A DNA stretch of 64,000 nt from Candidatus Microgenomates bacterium (GTDB lineage Bacteria > Patescibacteriota > Microgenomatia > UBA8517 > JACQJR01). Below are positions 27,450 through 36,144 of the stretch, piece by piece. Both the position numbers and the translations under genes were made by a program. The notes under the pieces are model-generated. The model ran no database searches, was not told the origin of the DNA, and worked only from the letters and a program-made list of their open reading frames with translations. Where the stretch lies: positions 92,548 to 156,547 of the forward strand of contig JACQJR010000001.1 of the NCBI GenBank assembly GCA_016204995.1. Reading direction: 5' to 3'. Each line of letters starts with the position of its first letter. Position 1 is the first letter of the stretch.

Positions 27450-27577
27450 GAATTAAGTATAGCAAATTTACCTTAATTGCTTTAACAATTCAAATCGCTT
27501 GAACATACCTCCAAGGTCTCTCCTTGGAAACTCACAGGAGTGCTCTTGCTGGTTAATCTAATAAAAGTAATTTTATC

Positions 27578-27607
27578 TTGTAAATAAGAATAAAAATTGG
27601 TAAAAAT
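27578..27607 (+). promoter_or_regulatory. Candidate sigma70-type promoter TTGTAA-N17-TAAAAAT immediately upstream of the Bro-N/DinD-like gene (leaderless or near-leaderless start)
   Basis: ttgtaa at 27578-83, 17-bp spacer, taaaaat at 27601-07. Candidate starts are ATG 27608 or GTG 27612. Confidence 0.3.
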
Positions 27608-27611
27608 ATGA

Positions 27612-28448
27612 GTGGTGGAAGAAACAACTAAAATAGCTGTTTTCAAAGGCAAAGAAATTAGGAAAACTATTTATAAAAATGAATGGTGGTTTTCCATTGT
27701 TGATATTGTTGAAGCGTTAACCGGAACAGATAGACCAAGAAAATACTGGAGTGATCTCAAAAAAAAGTTACTTAAAGAAGGTTATGCTGAAGTGTCCGAA
27801 AAAATCGGACAGTTGAAGTTAGAAGCCCCTGATGGAAAGTTAAGAGAAACAGACTGTGCTAATACCGAGACTATATTTAGAATAATTCAAACTATTCCCT
27901 CACCTAAGGCTGAACCATTTAAGAGGTGGTTAGCAAGAGTGGGTTACGAGAGAATCCGAGAAATAGAAGATCCGGAGCTAGCCACTAAAAGAACCAGGGC
28001 GTTATATAAAGCCAAGGGATATTCTGATGCTTGGATTGAAAAACGAATGAGGGGAATTGAAATAAGGGAAACTTTAACTGATGAATGGAAAAAACGAAAA
28101 GTAGGCGGAGAAACAGAATATGCCATATTAACTGCTGAAATATCCAAAGCTACCTTTGGAATGACACCCAGCCAGTATAAAAAGTTTAAGAATCTAAAAA
28201 GAGAAAATTTAAGAGACCATATGAACGACCTTGAATTAATTTTCTCCATGCTTGGAGAAGCCTCAACAACAGAGATAGCTAAAAATAAGGATGCTCAAAG
28301 ATTTGTCCAAAATAAAAAAGCTGCGCAAGAAGGGGGAACTGTGGCAGGCAACGCTAGAAAAGAGCTGGAAAAAAGAAGCGGTCAAAAGGTTTCTATCAAA
28401 CAAAACTACCTTACCAAACCACAAAGTAGTAGATTACTAGAAAAGTAA
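27612..28448 (+). CDS. Bro-N domain protein, DinD (DNA-damage-inducible protein D)-like
   Basis: N-terminal IAVFKGKEIRKTIYKNEWWFSIVDIVEALTGTDRPRKYWSDLKKKL fits the Bro-N consensus. About 278 aa, like E. coli DinD. The only plus-strand gene in a long minus-strand run. GTG start in the track; start uncertain. Confidence 0.6.
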   Translation: MVEETTKIAVFKGKEIRKTIYKNEWWFSIVDIVEALTGTDRPRKYWSDLKKKLLKEGYAEVSEKIGQLKLEAPDGKLRETDCANTETIFRIIQTIPSPKAEPFKRWLARVGYERIREIEDPELATKRTRALYKAKGYSDAWIEKRMRGIEIRETLTDEWKKRKVGGETEYAILTAEISKATFGMTPSQYKKFKNLKRENLRDHMNDLELIFSMLGEASTTEIAKNKDAQRFVQNKKAAQEGGTVAGNARKELEKRSGQKVSIKQNYLTKPQSSRLLEK

Positions 28449-28464
28449 GACTAAACCTTAAAAA

Positions 28465-28851
28465 CTACTTTCTTATCAAAGGTATAGCTTCTTTGGGAAT
28501 TTTGCGCACTTTAATAGTTTTCATTCCTAGTTGTTTAGCTTTAACTAAACGATGTAGTCCATCCAATAATAGCCATCTATTCTTCCAAAACATAATATCT
28601 AATGGATATGAAAGATCAGACTTCATTGTTCTGTCAAATTCTTCTTTATACCCTTTTGGATTTGCCAAGACTTCATTAGGAGTTAAATCGTAAAATCCTC
28701 CTGGTTTATCCCAAAAGGGAATATCAAAATGCCATTCAAGTTCGGAAATATCCATTTCTTCTACTGGCAAATCCAATGCCCAAACTTTTTCCTCACTCCA
28801 ATGAAAATCAAATCCTACTTCTTCAATTATTTTTGGCAATTTTTTATCCAT
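28465..28851 (-). CDS. ParB/sulfiredoxin-like nuclease-domain protein (hypothetical)
   Basis: C-terminal LLDGLHRLVKAKQLGMKTIKVRKIP resembles the ParB N-terminal domain DGxHR...G...IP motif. 128 aa; convergent with the Bro-N gene. Confidence 0.45.
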   Translation of the reverse strand: MDKKLPKIIEEVGFDFHWSEEKVWALDLPVEEMDISELEWHFDIPFWDKPGGFYDLTPNEVLANPKGYKEEFDRTMKSDLSYPLDIMFWKNRWLLLDGLHRLVKAKQLGMKTIKVRKIPKEAIPLIRK

Positions 28852-28894
28852 GTAGCTAACCCGCGTTATATCATATATTCATATATGATATATC

Positions 28895-29791
28895 TCACCA
28901 AAACAGTAATCTGTATTTCTCTAGAATCCAGATACCGGTCCAGACTAGCCAAAGAATTGGGGCAGGGTATTGGCCGACATAATGCTTTTTATAAAAAATC
29001 CGCATGGCTTCTACTGATGCCAAAGCTGCTCTTCCTCGTGTACCACGAGTAGCAGATGAAACTGATTTTGTCTGTTTTTTGACCCCGGAGGAAATGCCTC
29101 GGTAATGTAAAATAGACACTGTTGGCACATACATAATTTTCCAGTTAGATTTTTTTAAACGATAGCAAAAATCTAAATCTTCTCCATACCAAAAATAATC
29201 CTCATCCCACCAACCAACCTGCTCGCCCGCCTCGCGTCTAACTATCATAAAAGCACCGGTTAGGGCATCAATTTCATGAATATTATGGCGGCTCATATAG
29301 CCAAGAGTGTAGCCGGAAAAAAGCCGCGACTTGGGGAATAAATTTTCTAAACCAAAAAAGTGGCAGAAAGCGTTCCAGGGGGTGGGGAAACCACGATGAG
29401 CTCCATCATCTAAACCGCCGCCAGGAGCATTAACTTGACAGGTGGCCGCCCCCACTTCACTGTTTTCATCCATAAATTTAATCATGGAAACAAAAGTATT
29501 TTTTTCTACCTCTGTATCAGGATTTAAAAATAAAATATAACGGCCTTTAGCTCCTGGAATTGCTACATTATTCCCTTTCGCAAATCCAAGATTATTTTTA
29601 TTCTCTATAATTTTGAACTTTTCACTTTGCACTTTTAACTCTTCTATCGATCCATCAGTTGAGGCGTTATCAGAAACAATTATCTCCCAGGAATATTTTC
29701 CAGCTACTGATCTTTTAATTGATTGAAGACATTTAATAATAAAATCTTTAGCATTATAATTAAGAATAATAATTGATAGGTCAATACTCAC
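28895..29791 (-). CDS. Glycosyltransferase family 2 (GT-A)
   Basis: LSIIILNYNAKDFIIKCLQSI...IIVSDNASTDGS with DxD-type motifs. Confidence 0.85.
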   Translation of the reverse strand: MSIDLSIIILNYNAKDFIIKCLQSIKRSVAGKYSWEIIVSDNASTDGSIEELKVQSEKFKIIENKNNLGFAKGNNVAIPGAKGRYILFLNPDTEVEKNTFVSMIKFMDENSEVGAATCQVNAPGGGLDDGAHRGFPTPWNAFCHFFGLENLFPKSRLFSGYTLGYMSRHNIHEIDALTGAFMIVRREAGEQVGWWDEDYFWYGEDLDFCYRLKKSNWKIMYVPTVSILHYRGISSGVKKQTKSVSSATRGTRGRAALASVEAMRIFYKKHYVGQYPAPILWLVWTGIWILEKYRLLFW

Positions 29792-30983
29792 CGCCCACCT
29801 CCCGATAAATATTATCTAAATGTTCGGCAATTTTAGTCCAATTATATTTTTCTTCAAATAGGCGACGCGCAGAACTGGTTATATTGGCATAAAACTTTTT
29901 ATCTTTTATTAAACTAATTGCGGCTTTGGCCATTTCTTCCGGTGCGTCTCTGACTAACACTTCCTGATTATTCTCTGCCGAAATCCCTTCAATGCCGATA
30001 GAAGTCGTGACTACCGGCACACCAGCCGCCATCGCCCCTAAAATTTTTAAGCGCGTTCCCCCTGGACCAGCCAACGGAGCCACGAAAATAGTCGCATTTC
30101 CATAAGCGCGCCTGACACCATCGATGTCCGATGATTTTAATTCATGGATTTCTATGCCATTACCAGCCAAATCACCGATTTTTTCCTTCACTCCTTGTCC
30201 CACGATCCAACAAACTGCCTCTGGAATTTCTTTCTTAATTAAAGGAAAAATATCTTTAGCTAAAATTTTGGCGGCTTCGGTATTTTGCAACCAATTAAAG
30301 TTGCCTTGATAAAGAATAATTGGAGTGGTAATTGATCTTCTCTTGCCCCATAAATTTACCAGATCTTCACCGGCGCCATTAGGAACAATATCCACATGTA
30401 AATTAGGAACTAGGGACAGCATTTTAGCTTTATCTGATTCTGACATGGCGATGACTCTTTTGGCCTTTTTCCAAAACCTTGATTCCCAAAACTTCAACTT
30501 GAAAACATCCAGATATAAAAATGGCTTTAAGGGAAAGATGCGAAAACTGTCTAAATAATGTTGATAGACTTGATACTCAATGGTTTGTTCAACCAAAAGT
30601 ATCGGCACCGTAGTTTTAGGAATATTAGTCATCACATAAAAAGTTTCCGAATGAATTAAATCATAGGGTTGTTTTTTTAATTCCTCTTTGACTGCCCGCC
30701 GAAAACTGGGTAAAAGATAAATTGCTACTAAAAAGGGGTAGGGAGTAGCACCGGATAGCAAAACATTAATCATTGACCAAGCTCTTCTTCTTTTAAAAAC
30801 CTTAACTTCTTTACAATATTTTGTGAGCTCTGCCACATATTTTTTCTCTGCTTCATCCCTGATATAGCAAAAAAGAGTAATGTCATGTTTTTTATAAAGC
30901 TGCTTGATTAAATTATAGGAACGGACCTGCCCGCCGGAAGAAGGCGGATAAGGCAGATAAGGAGTGAGCATTAAGATACGCAT
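29781..30983 (-). CDS. Glycosyltransferase family 4 (GT-B)
   Basis: MRILMLTPYLPYPPSSGGQVRSYNLIKQL N-terminal GT4 signature and a C-terminal GT-B domain. Confidence 0.85.
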   Translation of the reverse strand: MRILMLTPYLPYPPSSGGQVRSYNLIKQLYKKHDITLFCYIRDEAEKKYVAELTKYCKEVKVFKRRRAWSMINVLLSGATPYPFLVAIYLLPSFRRAVKEELKKQPYDLIHSETFYVMTNIPKTTVPILLVEQTIEYQVYQHYLDSFRIFPLKPFLYLDVFKLKFWESRFWKKAKRVIAMSESDKAKMLSLVPNLHVDIVPNGAGEDLVNLWGKRRSITTPIILYQGNFNWLQNTEAAKILAKDIFPLIKKEIPEAVCWIVGQGVKEKIGDLAGNGIEIHELKSSDIDGVRRAYGNATIFVAPLAGPGGTRLKILGAMAAGVPVVTTSIGIEGISAENNQEVLVRDAPEEMAKAAISLIKDKKFYANITSSARRLFEEKYNWTKIAEHLDNIYREVGGEY

Positions 30984-30987
30984 AGAT

Positions 30988-31078
30988 AATTGACCTAATT
31001 AACCTAATTTCTAATTGACCTAAAATTTGTACATTGGGATTTGATTAGAAATTAGAACAATTAGTAATTAGAATAATT
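30988..31078. repeat. AT-rich intergenic inverted-repeat element (copy 4)
   Basis: taattgacctaattaacctaatttctaattgacctaaaatttgtacattgggatttgattagaaattagaacaattagtaattagaat. Confidence 0.6.
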
Positions 31079-32570
31079 TCACAATCACATATTGGTCAGT
31101 TTTCTCCAATACTTTATATTGCTCCATAACTTCTTGAGTTTGTTTATCAAAATTTACTGACACATAATACTCGGCACCTAACCTTTTGATCATATACTCC
31201 ATCGGTAAAGTCACAAATGGCCAACCGTTACGATTTGTTTGGTATAAGAAAGCCGTATCACCGTTGTAAGGTGCGATAATGCGCGCATCGGGTGGAGTAA
31301 GTCTTTGAACCGCAGCGCCCGCTGTGATAATTTCCGGGTGATTAATTTTATAATATTCTTTAACTTGATAAGCGGATAAGGCAAATCCTATTAAAATGCT
31401 AGTAATCAAGATGCCTCTAGTTAAAAATTTATTGAATTCTTTTAAATTCCACAACAGTAAAGTTCCGTAAGCTAAAGATAAACAAACTGCAGGTATAATC
31501 AGGGTCTGATAATAATCATGACGAACACTGGCTGTTGCCACTACCGTCATATAAAGAATTTGTGACGCAACAAAAATATGAACTATGTAGGGAAAAGCTT
31601 TAGCTTTATTAACCATTCCAAACAAAAATGGCAAAACCGCTCCTATTCCTAAAATTAATTGGCCTAGACGGGCGCTAAATATCCAATACCACCAAGCCGG
31701 CCGAAAACGAATATTGTCGCCATTAAAGGCCCATTGCCAATGCGGTATACCAACTAAATTGGTAATTTGATTCATCCAAATTCGCCAAGAGAGAAAGGGA
31801 ATTAAAGATAATGACAAAAATATCCATAATTTAGGTTGTTTAAGCCAGCCAACTAATCCAAATTTAACAACGGCTAGATAAACCATTGGTAAAGCATAAA
31901 AACCGATGTAGGGTTTAAGGAGTAAAGCCATGGCAAAGAAAAAAGCAGAAACAAAAATATTTATGGCCCACTTCCCATCAATCCATCTGATAAAGAACCA
32001 TAAGGAGACTAAAATGAAGGCCACCGCCATTGGTTCTGGCAAAATTACCCTAGAAAAATAAATATTAAATGGCAAAAAGGCAAAGAAAAAGGCAGCCAGC
32101 AGTCCTCCAACCCCGATTGAATCGGGGCCAGCTGAACCTGCCTGCGCAGGCAGGTCAAAAAACCTTCTGCCCAATAGAAACATCATTACCACCGAAACTA
32201 AAGAGAATAACACTGACAATAATCTACCCCACATCTCCAAAGACCAATTAGGATATAGTTTATAAAGCAAGGCATGAGCCGCGTTAAAAACCGGAAACTC
32301 TACATAGCGCAAACCACGAGGATTTTCATAACTTGTTTGGGTGCTGGAAAGATCATGATATTGAGGATAAAGCAGATTGATACCATCTTTGACAAAAGTT
32401 CTACTAACCGAAGAAGTGTCTGCTTGTCTCCAGCTGTGCCAGTCAGCAATCGGGCTATCTATTTTATAAAGCCGCACAATCAGCGCCATTACCACTATGA
32501 GAGTTAATACTCCATACTCAAAATATGGCAAGTTGATTATTTTTTTAGACAAACCCTTGATTAGCATCAT
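31068..32570 (-). CDS. GT-C-type integral-membrane glycosyltransferase (ArnT/PMT_2-like)
   Basis: About 12 TM helices. The WHSWRQADTSSVSR first-loop motif is typical of polyprenyl-P-sugar-dependent GT-C enzymes. Contains a composite in-frame insertion of both palindromes (DLPAQAGSAGPDSIGVGG). Confidence 0.6.
   Translation of the reverse strand: MMLIKGLSKKIINLPYFEYGVLTLIVVMALIVRLYKIDSPIADWHSWRQADTSSVSRTFVKDGINLLYPQYHDLSSTQTSYENPRGLRYVEFPVFNAAHALLYKLYPNWSLEMWGRLLSVLFSLVSVVMMFLLGRRFFDLPAQAGSAGPDSIGVGGLLAAFFFAFLPFNIYFSRVILPEPMAVAFILVSLWFFIRWIDGKWAINIFVSAFFFAMALLLKPYIGFYALPMVYLAVVKFGLVGWLKQPKLWIFLSLSLIPFLSWRIWMNQITNLVGIPHWQWAFNGDNIRFRPAWWYWIFSARLGQLILGIGAVLPFLFGMVNKAKAFPYIVHIFVASQILYMTVVATASVRHDYYQTLIIPAVCLSLAYGTLLLWNLKEFNKFLTRGILITSILIGFALSAYQVKEYYKINHPEIITAGAAVQRLTPPDARIIAPYNGDTAFLYQTNRNGWPFVTLPMEYMIKRLGAEYYVSVNFDKQTQEVMEQYKVLEKTDQYVIVKLF
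32111..32127. repeat. Palindrome CCCCGATTGAATCGGGG (family 2) in-frame in the GT-C gene, 9 bp from an 18-bp palindrome
   Basis: Exact 17-bp palindrome. Confidence 0.75.
32137..32154. repeat. 18-bp palindrome CCTGCCTGCGCAGGCAGG (extends to a 20-bp palindrome ACCTGCCTGCGCAGGCAGGT), in-frame in the GT-C gene
   Basis: Exact. Confidence 0.8.
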
Positions 32571-33939
32571 GTTTATAAATCGCGCCTATAGCCGCTCCTG
32601 ATATTAACCAAAAAATAATGGATACTTTGGAGGCTTCAAAAACATCAATAAAAGTGGCATTGATTAACATTGCCACCAAACTGCCGGCAAAGCCTGCCAC
32701 AAAGGCTGTTTGAACGTTAAACTTTTTGGTATGATGGAAAAAATTAAGCATCAATTTAAACAATCTGGCAATTATTAAGAAAAAGGCTAGGGCACCGATT
32801 AAACCAACTTCTCCTAATAATCTTAAATAATCATTATCTGTGGCTAGGGTAATAGAAGAATAGCCTGTCCCTAAAAGTGGATTTTTATAAAAAGAACGTA
32901 AGGCGCGGGGCCATTCTACATTCAAGCGAATAGAAGTAGAACGATCTTCAATCACATTTGGACTTGGAGTTTTTTCTAAGATGGTTGACTCTTTTCTCTT
33001 AGGCGCTGTCGCCCCTTCCACTTCCTGTGCCCAAACTGGAGTCGGCAGTAAATTAAGTTGAATTTTCTGTAAGATTTTATCCTGATAAATTTTAAGTGTG
33101 TGGAGGTAGCGGTTACCCAAGTTACTGAAAGTCAACATTACCAAGATACTACCTACTACCACCGGCACAATTAGTAATTTTTTCTTCAGTAGCCAAAGGG
33201 TTAAAGTCACGCCGACTAGATAAGCGGCGAAAGAAATTCTGGATTCGGTCTGGATTAACAACCAAAATCCTGGTATCACCGTACCAATTAATAGTAAAAA
33301 ACGATACCCCCATTTTTTAATAGTAAAAAAATAAGCAAAGCAGATTGGAAAAACCAGAGCCACAAAAGCTGCCAAGTCGTAATGACCGCCAAAGGTGGAA
33401 TGGAGTCGGGCACCCGGCACCAGTCTTAAAGCCAGACCTTTGGCAAATTCAGAATTTTGAGTGGAAATTACCGGCCAGTCAAAATACTTTTGTCCCACTG
33501 CATACAAAAAAATTAAAAGGATATCAATAAATAAAATCTCGCCAAAAAAACGGACTCCTTTATATTTACGGACAAAGATAAAAGCCGCAAAGAAAGGAAT
33601 AACATATTCAATCCGCCTAGCCCAATGTAATAAGCCGATATGGGGAACAACAGTTTGAGTTAAAAAAATGCCGGAGAGAAGTGAGATAAAACCGGCAATG
33701 AAAAATAAAAAGAAGGCCTGATTTAATTTATCACGCCAAAAGGTTTGCCAATTACCCGCTAAATACCAAAAAAGTAAAGCAGAAATAATGGTTAGTAAAA
33801 AGTCTTCTGCTCGTACTGCCACGTAAGTACCGGGAACATTGAAAAGAGGAAATTTGGGATAAAGCGGGATCACCAGCAAGGTAGCCGCCAAAAACCACTT
33901 CAAAATACCCGTATTAAATTTTGCCCAAAGCGCCAACAT
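32545..33939 (-). CDS. O-antigen ligase/polymerase family (Wzy_C/WaaL-like) membrane protein
   Basis: Multi-TM. Large outward loop with RLNVEWPRALRSFYKNPLLGTGYSS...DNDYLRLLGEVGLIGALAF resembles the Wzy_C signature (R..w..a....PllG.G.G....HN.yL..l.E.G.iG). Confidence 0.6.
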   Translation of the reverse strand: MLALWAKFNTGILKWFLAATLLVIPLYPKFPLFNVPGTYVAVRAEDFLLTIISALLFWYLAGNWQTFWRDKLNQAFFLFFIAGFISLLSGIFLTQTVVPHIGLLHWARRIEYVIPFFAAFIFVRKYKGVRFFGEILFIDILLIFLYAVGQKYFDWPVISTQNSEFAKGLALRLVPGARLHSTFGGHYDLAAFVALVFPICFAYFFTIKKWGYRFLLLIGTVIPGFWLLIQTESRISFAAYLVGVTLTLWLLKKKLLIVPVVVGSILVMLTFSNLGNRYLHTLKIYQDKILQKIQLNLLPTPVWAQEVEGATAPKRKESTILEKTPSPNVIEDRSTSIRLNVEWPRALRSFYKNPLLGTGYSSITLATDNDYLRLLGEVGLIGALAFFLIIARLFKLMLNFFHHTKKFNVQTAFVAGFAGSLVAMLINATFIDVFEASKVSIIFWLISGAAIGAIYKHDANQGFV

Positions 33940-34843
33940 AGATTTTAGCCCGCGTGGGGCGGGCTATGGTAAAAATAATAATTCTCAACAAGCTTCCTAT
34001 CAATAATAATAAACGCAAAATGAGTCTTTGCCAAAATGGAAAATGTTTTTGGTAAAGCAATTTTAAGCCCTTAATTTCTCCATAAATTGTGCCACTCCTT
34101 GTGCCGCTGGCTCCGCCATAATGGATAATTGAAGTAATTGGGGTATAAGCAATATTCCATCCTGCTTTTTTGACTCGCCAGCAGTACTCCAATTCCTCCA
34201 CATAGAGAAAAAAGTCTTCATCTAATAAACCAACTTTGTTTATCACTTCCCGCCGGATTAAAAAAAACGCTCCGGTTACCCAATCTAAACCGCGTTCTTC
34301 TCTGTAAAAATTACTATCTCTGTGGGGATGATATGATCCAACTAAATCCCCTACTCCAGGGATGTCATCCAAAAGAGTCGCCCATAAAAAAAGACGGGGT
34401 AAATTAGGGAAAAAACCACCGGTGGCTTGAACACTACCGTCCGGATTTTTCAACATACAACTGGCAATTCCTACTTGCGAATGTTTTTCCATCCAATCAA
34501 GCATTTTTGCCAGCGAATTTTCGGTTAATTTGGTATCAGAATTTAGAAGCAGAATATATTTTCCTTTGGCAATTTTTATTCCCTGATTATTAGCCGCCGC
34601 AAAACCCAAGTTGTCCAAATTTTCAATTAATTTTAAATTATAAATTTTAAATTTTAAATTCCGTATGGCAGCCATGCTGCCATCGGATGATGCATTGTCC
34701 ACCACAATTACCTCATAACTTATGCCCTTAGTCCACTTTTTAATTGATGCTAAACACTCCAATAACAAATCTTTAGTATTGTAAGAAACGATAATGATGG
34801 AAAGATCAGCCATTTTTAGTAAAAAGAGTTTTTCGCCACTCAT
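33914..34843 (-). CDS. Glycosyltransferase family 2 (GT-A)
   Basis: LSIIIVSYNTKDLLLECLASIKKW...VIVVDNASSDGS. Likely true start at the internal Met (MADLSIIIV, ~34813). Contains an in-frame AT-rich tandem repeat at 34631-34660 (NLKFKIYNLKLI). Confidence 0.85.
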   Translation of the reverse strand: MSGEKLFLLKMADLSIIIVSYNTKDLLLECLASIKKWTKGISYEVIVVDNASSDGSMAAIRNLKFKIYNLKLIENLDNLGFAAANNQGIKIAKGKYILLLNSDTKLTENSLAKMLDWMEKHSQVGIASCMLKNPDGSVQATGGFFPNLPRLFLWATLLDDIPGVGDLVGSYHPHRDSNFYREERGLDWVTGAFFLIRREVINKVGLLDEDFFLYVEELEYCWRVKKAGWNIAYTPITSIIHYGGASGTRSGTIYGEIKGLKLLYQKHFPFWQRLILRLLLLIGSLLRIIIFTIARPTRAKIYVGALGKI

Positions 34844-35363
34844 TCAATAACAAGAGCAGTAGTGCAAAACTAACCGCCGCCAATGTTATCCGCACGAATA
34901 TATTACTTCGGTAGTAACGCATGGATATCTTCTCCTTAAACTCTCGATCGTTAATAATAATGGCATCTTTGGCTACCTGCGGAATAAAACCATTGACGAA
35001 AAACGATTCCCGAAAAGGATGAACAATTTCTTCCAGATACCAGCTTCTGGTTTGATCTTTAATGAAAGTATAAGCTTCTTCTGGAGGATAGTTGAGACGA
35101 TAAGTGGGCAGGGGAATATTTATTGTGCGACCAACTAAATTAAGGGAGGTTGAATTTAGTTGTGAGGTATGAAAAGCTAACACTTCATCCCGACTTAGAT
35201 CAGTAAAGTAAGCCCGGCGGTTTTTAAAATCTTCTGTATCCCCTCTCTCATCAGATAAGGGAGAGTTAGGAGGATTTTCAGGATATGGAGGAATAGGTAG
35301 GGCAATGTAAAAAATAAAAGCCGAAAAAATTAGTAAAATTATTACTCTGGTAATTATCTTCAT
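34806..35363 (-). CDS. Hypothetical membrane protein (N- and C-terminal TM helices)
   Basis: 185 aa, two hydrophobic helices. Start overlaps the acetyltransferase stop. Confidence 0.4.
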   Translation of the reverse strand: MKIITRVIILLIFSAFIFYIALPIPPYPENPPNSPLSDERGDTEDFKNRRAYFTDLSRDEVLAFHTSQLNSTSLNLVGRTINIPLPTYRLNYPPEEAYTFIKDQTRSWYLEEIVHPFRESFFVNGFIPQVAKDAIIINDREFKEKISMRYYRSNIFVRITLAAVSFALLLLLLNEWRKTLFTKNG

Positions 35364-35965
35364 TATTGGAAAAGTCTGGCACGACCTAGACGATAATGTG
35401 GATCCTTATTTTTCCGTTCTCCGATCACTTTGGCTGGTACCCCACCAACAATGGCAAATTCTGGCACGTCGCGAGTTACCACCGCTCCTGCACCTACTAC
35501 TGCCCCGCGACCGATGGTTACTCCCGGTAAAATAATGGCTCTCGGTCCGATAAAAACATAATCGCCAATCTCTACAGGAGCTACATGCGCTCCAAAATTT
35601 TCACTGTTAACATCATGCTCGCTGTTATAAATCATTACATATGAGGCAATATCCACATGGTTTCCTATTTTTAAGGGGGCCCGGCCGTCCAAAAAGACAT
35701 GATCACCGATAATCGTCCCCTGCCCGATCTTAATTCCGGCAGGATTGTAGAAATTGGCCCACATGTGGATGGTGGAACCACGGCCAATCTGCATTCCAGC
35801 TAATCTATAAAACATTCGTCTGGTCCAATGAAGCGGAATATTCCCTATCCAGCGTAAAATCATCAGTTCTAAATCCAGAAGATAGTTAAATAAGCGGTTG
35901 GCAATTTTACCTCCAGCCTCGCCAGGTCCCAGTTCTCTCCCCATCCGATCGCGAAACATCACCAT
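35363..35965 (-). CDS. Hexapeptide-repeat (left-handed beta-helix) sugar O-acetyltransferase
   Basis: Tandem hexapeptide repeats [28 protein letters not shown]...[31 protein letters not shown], WcaF/Maa-like. Confidence 0.85.
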   Translation of the reverse strand: MVMFRDRMGRELGPGEAGGKIANRLFNYLLDLELMILRWIGNIPLHWTRRMFYRLAGMQIGRGSTIHMWANFYNPAGIKIGQGTIIGDHVFLDGRAPLKIGNHVDIASYVMIYNSEHDVNSENFGAHVAPVEIGDYVFIGPRAIILPGVTIGRGAVVGAGAVVTRDVPEFAIVGGVPAKVIGERKNKDPHYRLGRARLFQ

Positions 35966-36019
35966 ATCTAAATTAATTATAGCATCAAATTAAACAATAT
36001 GGAGTTAAAATAATAGGCT

Positions 36020-36144
36020 ACACCTTGATTACACCTTCGGGGTGTCTTACGATTACACCTAAGGTCATTAGATATTTCTCTACCATTATTCCCGATGTGT
36101 CAACCTAATACACTCCCGATGTGGAACATCTTCACACATCAGGA
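36020..36144. promoter_or_regulatory. Repeat-rich intergenic region upstream of the acetyltransferase gene: two pairs of 10-bp direct repeats at 24-bp spacing plus an inverted copy
   Basis: GATTACACCT at 36027 and 36051. TCCCGATGTG at 36090 and 36114, with an inverted, imperfect copy (TCCTGATGTG, read on the minus strand) at 36135-36144. The ACACCttcggGGTGT hairpin lies between. The 166-bp gap suggests an internal promoter/operator. Confidence 0.3.

Noticed and set aside
27612-28851. Calling the Bro-N/ParB-like pair a complete prophage or integrative element
   Set aside because: No integrase, transposase, attachment-site repeats or further phage genes flank it. Only a two-gene islet is supported.
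7181-31078. Possibility that the AT-rich repeated spacers or the palindromes constitute a CRISPR array
   Set aside because: Copies are scattered tens of kb apart with no regular repeat-spacer periodicity, and no cas genes are present. They are dispersed repeat families instead.
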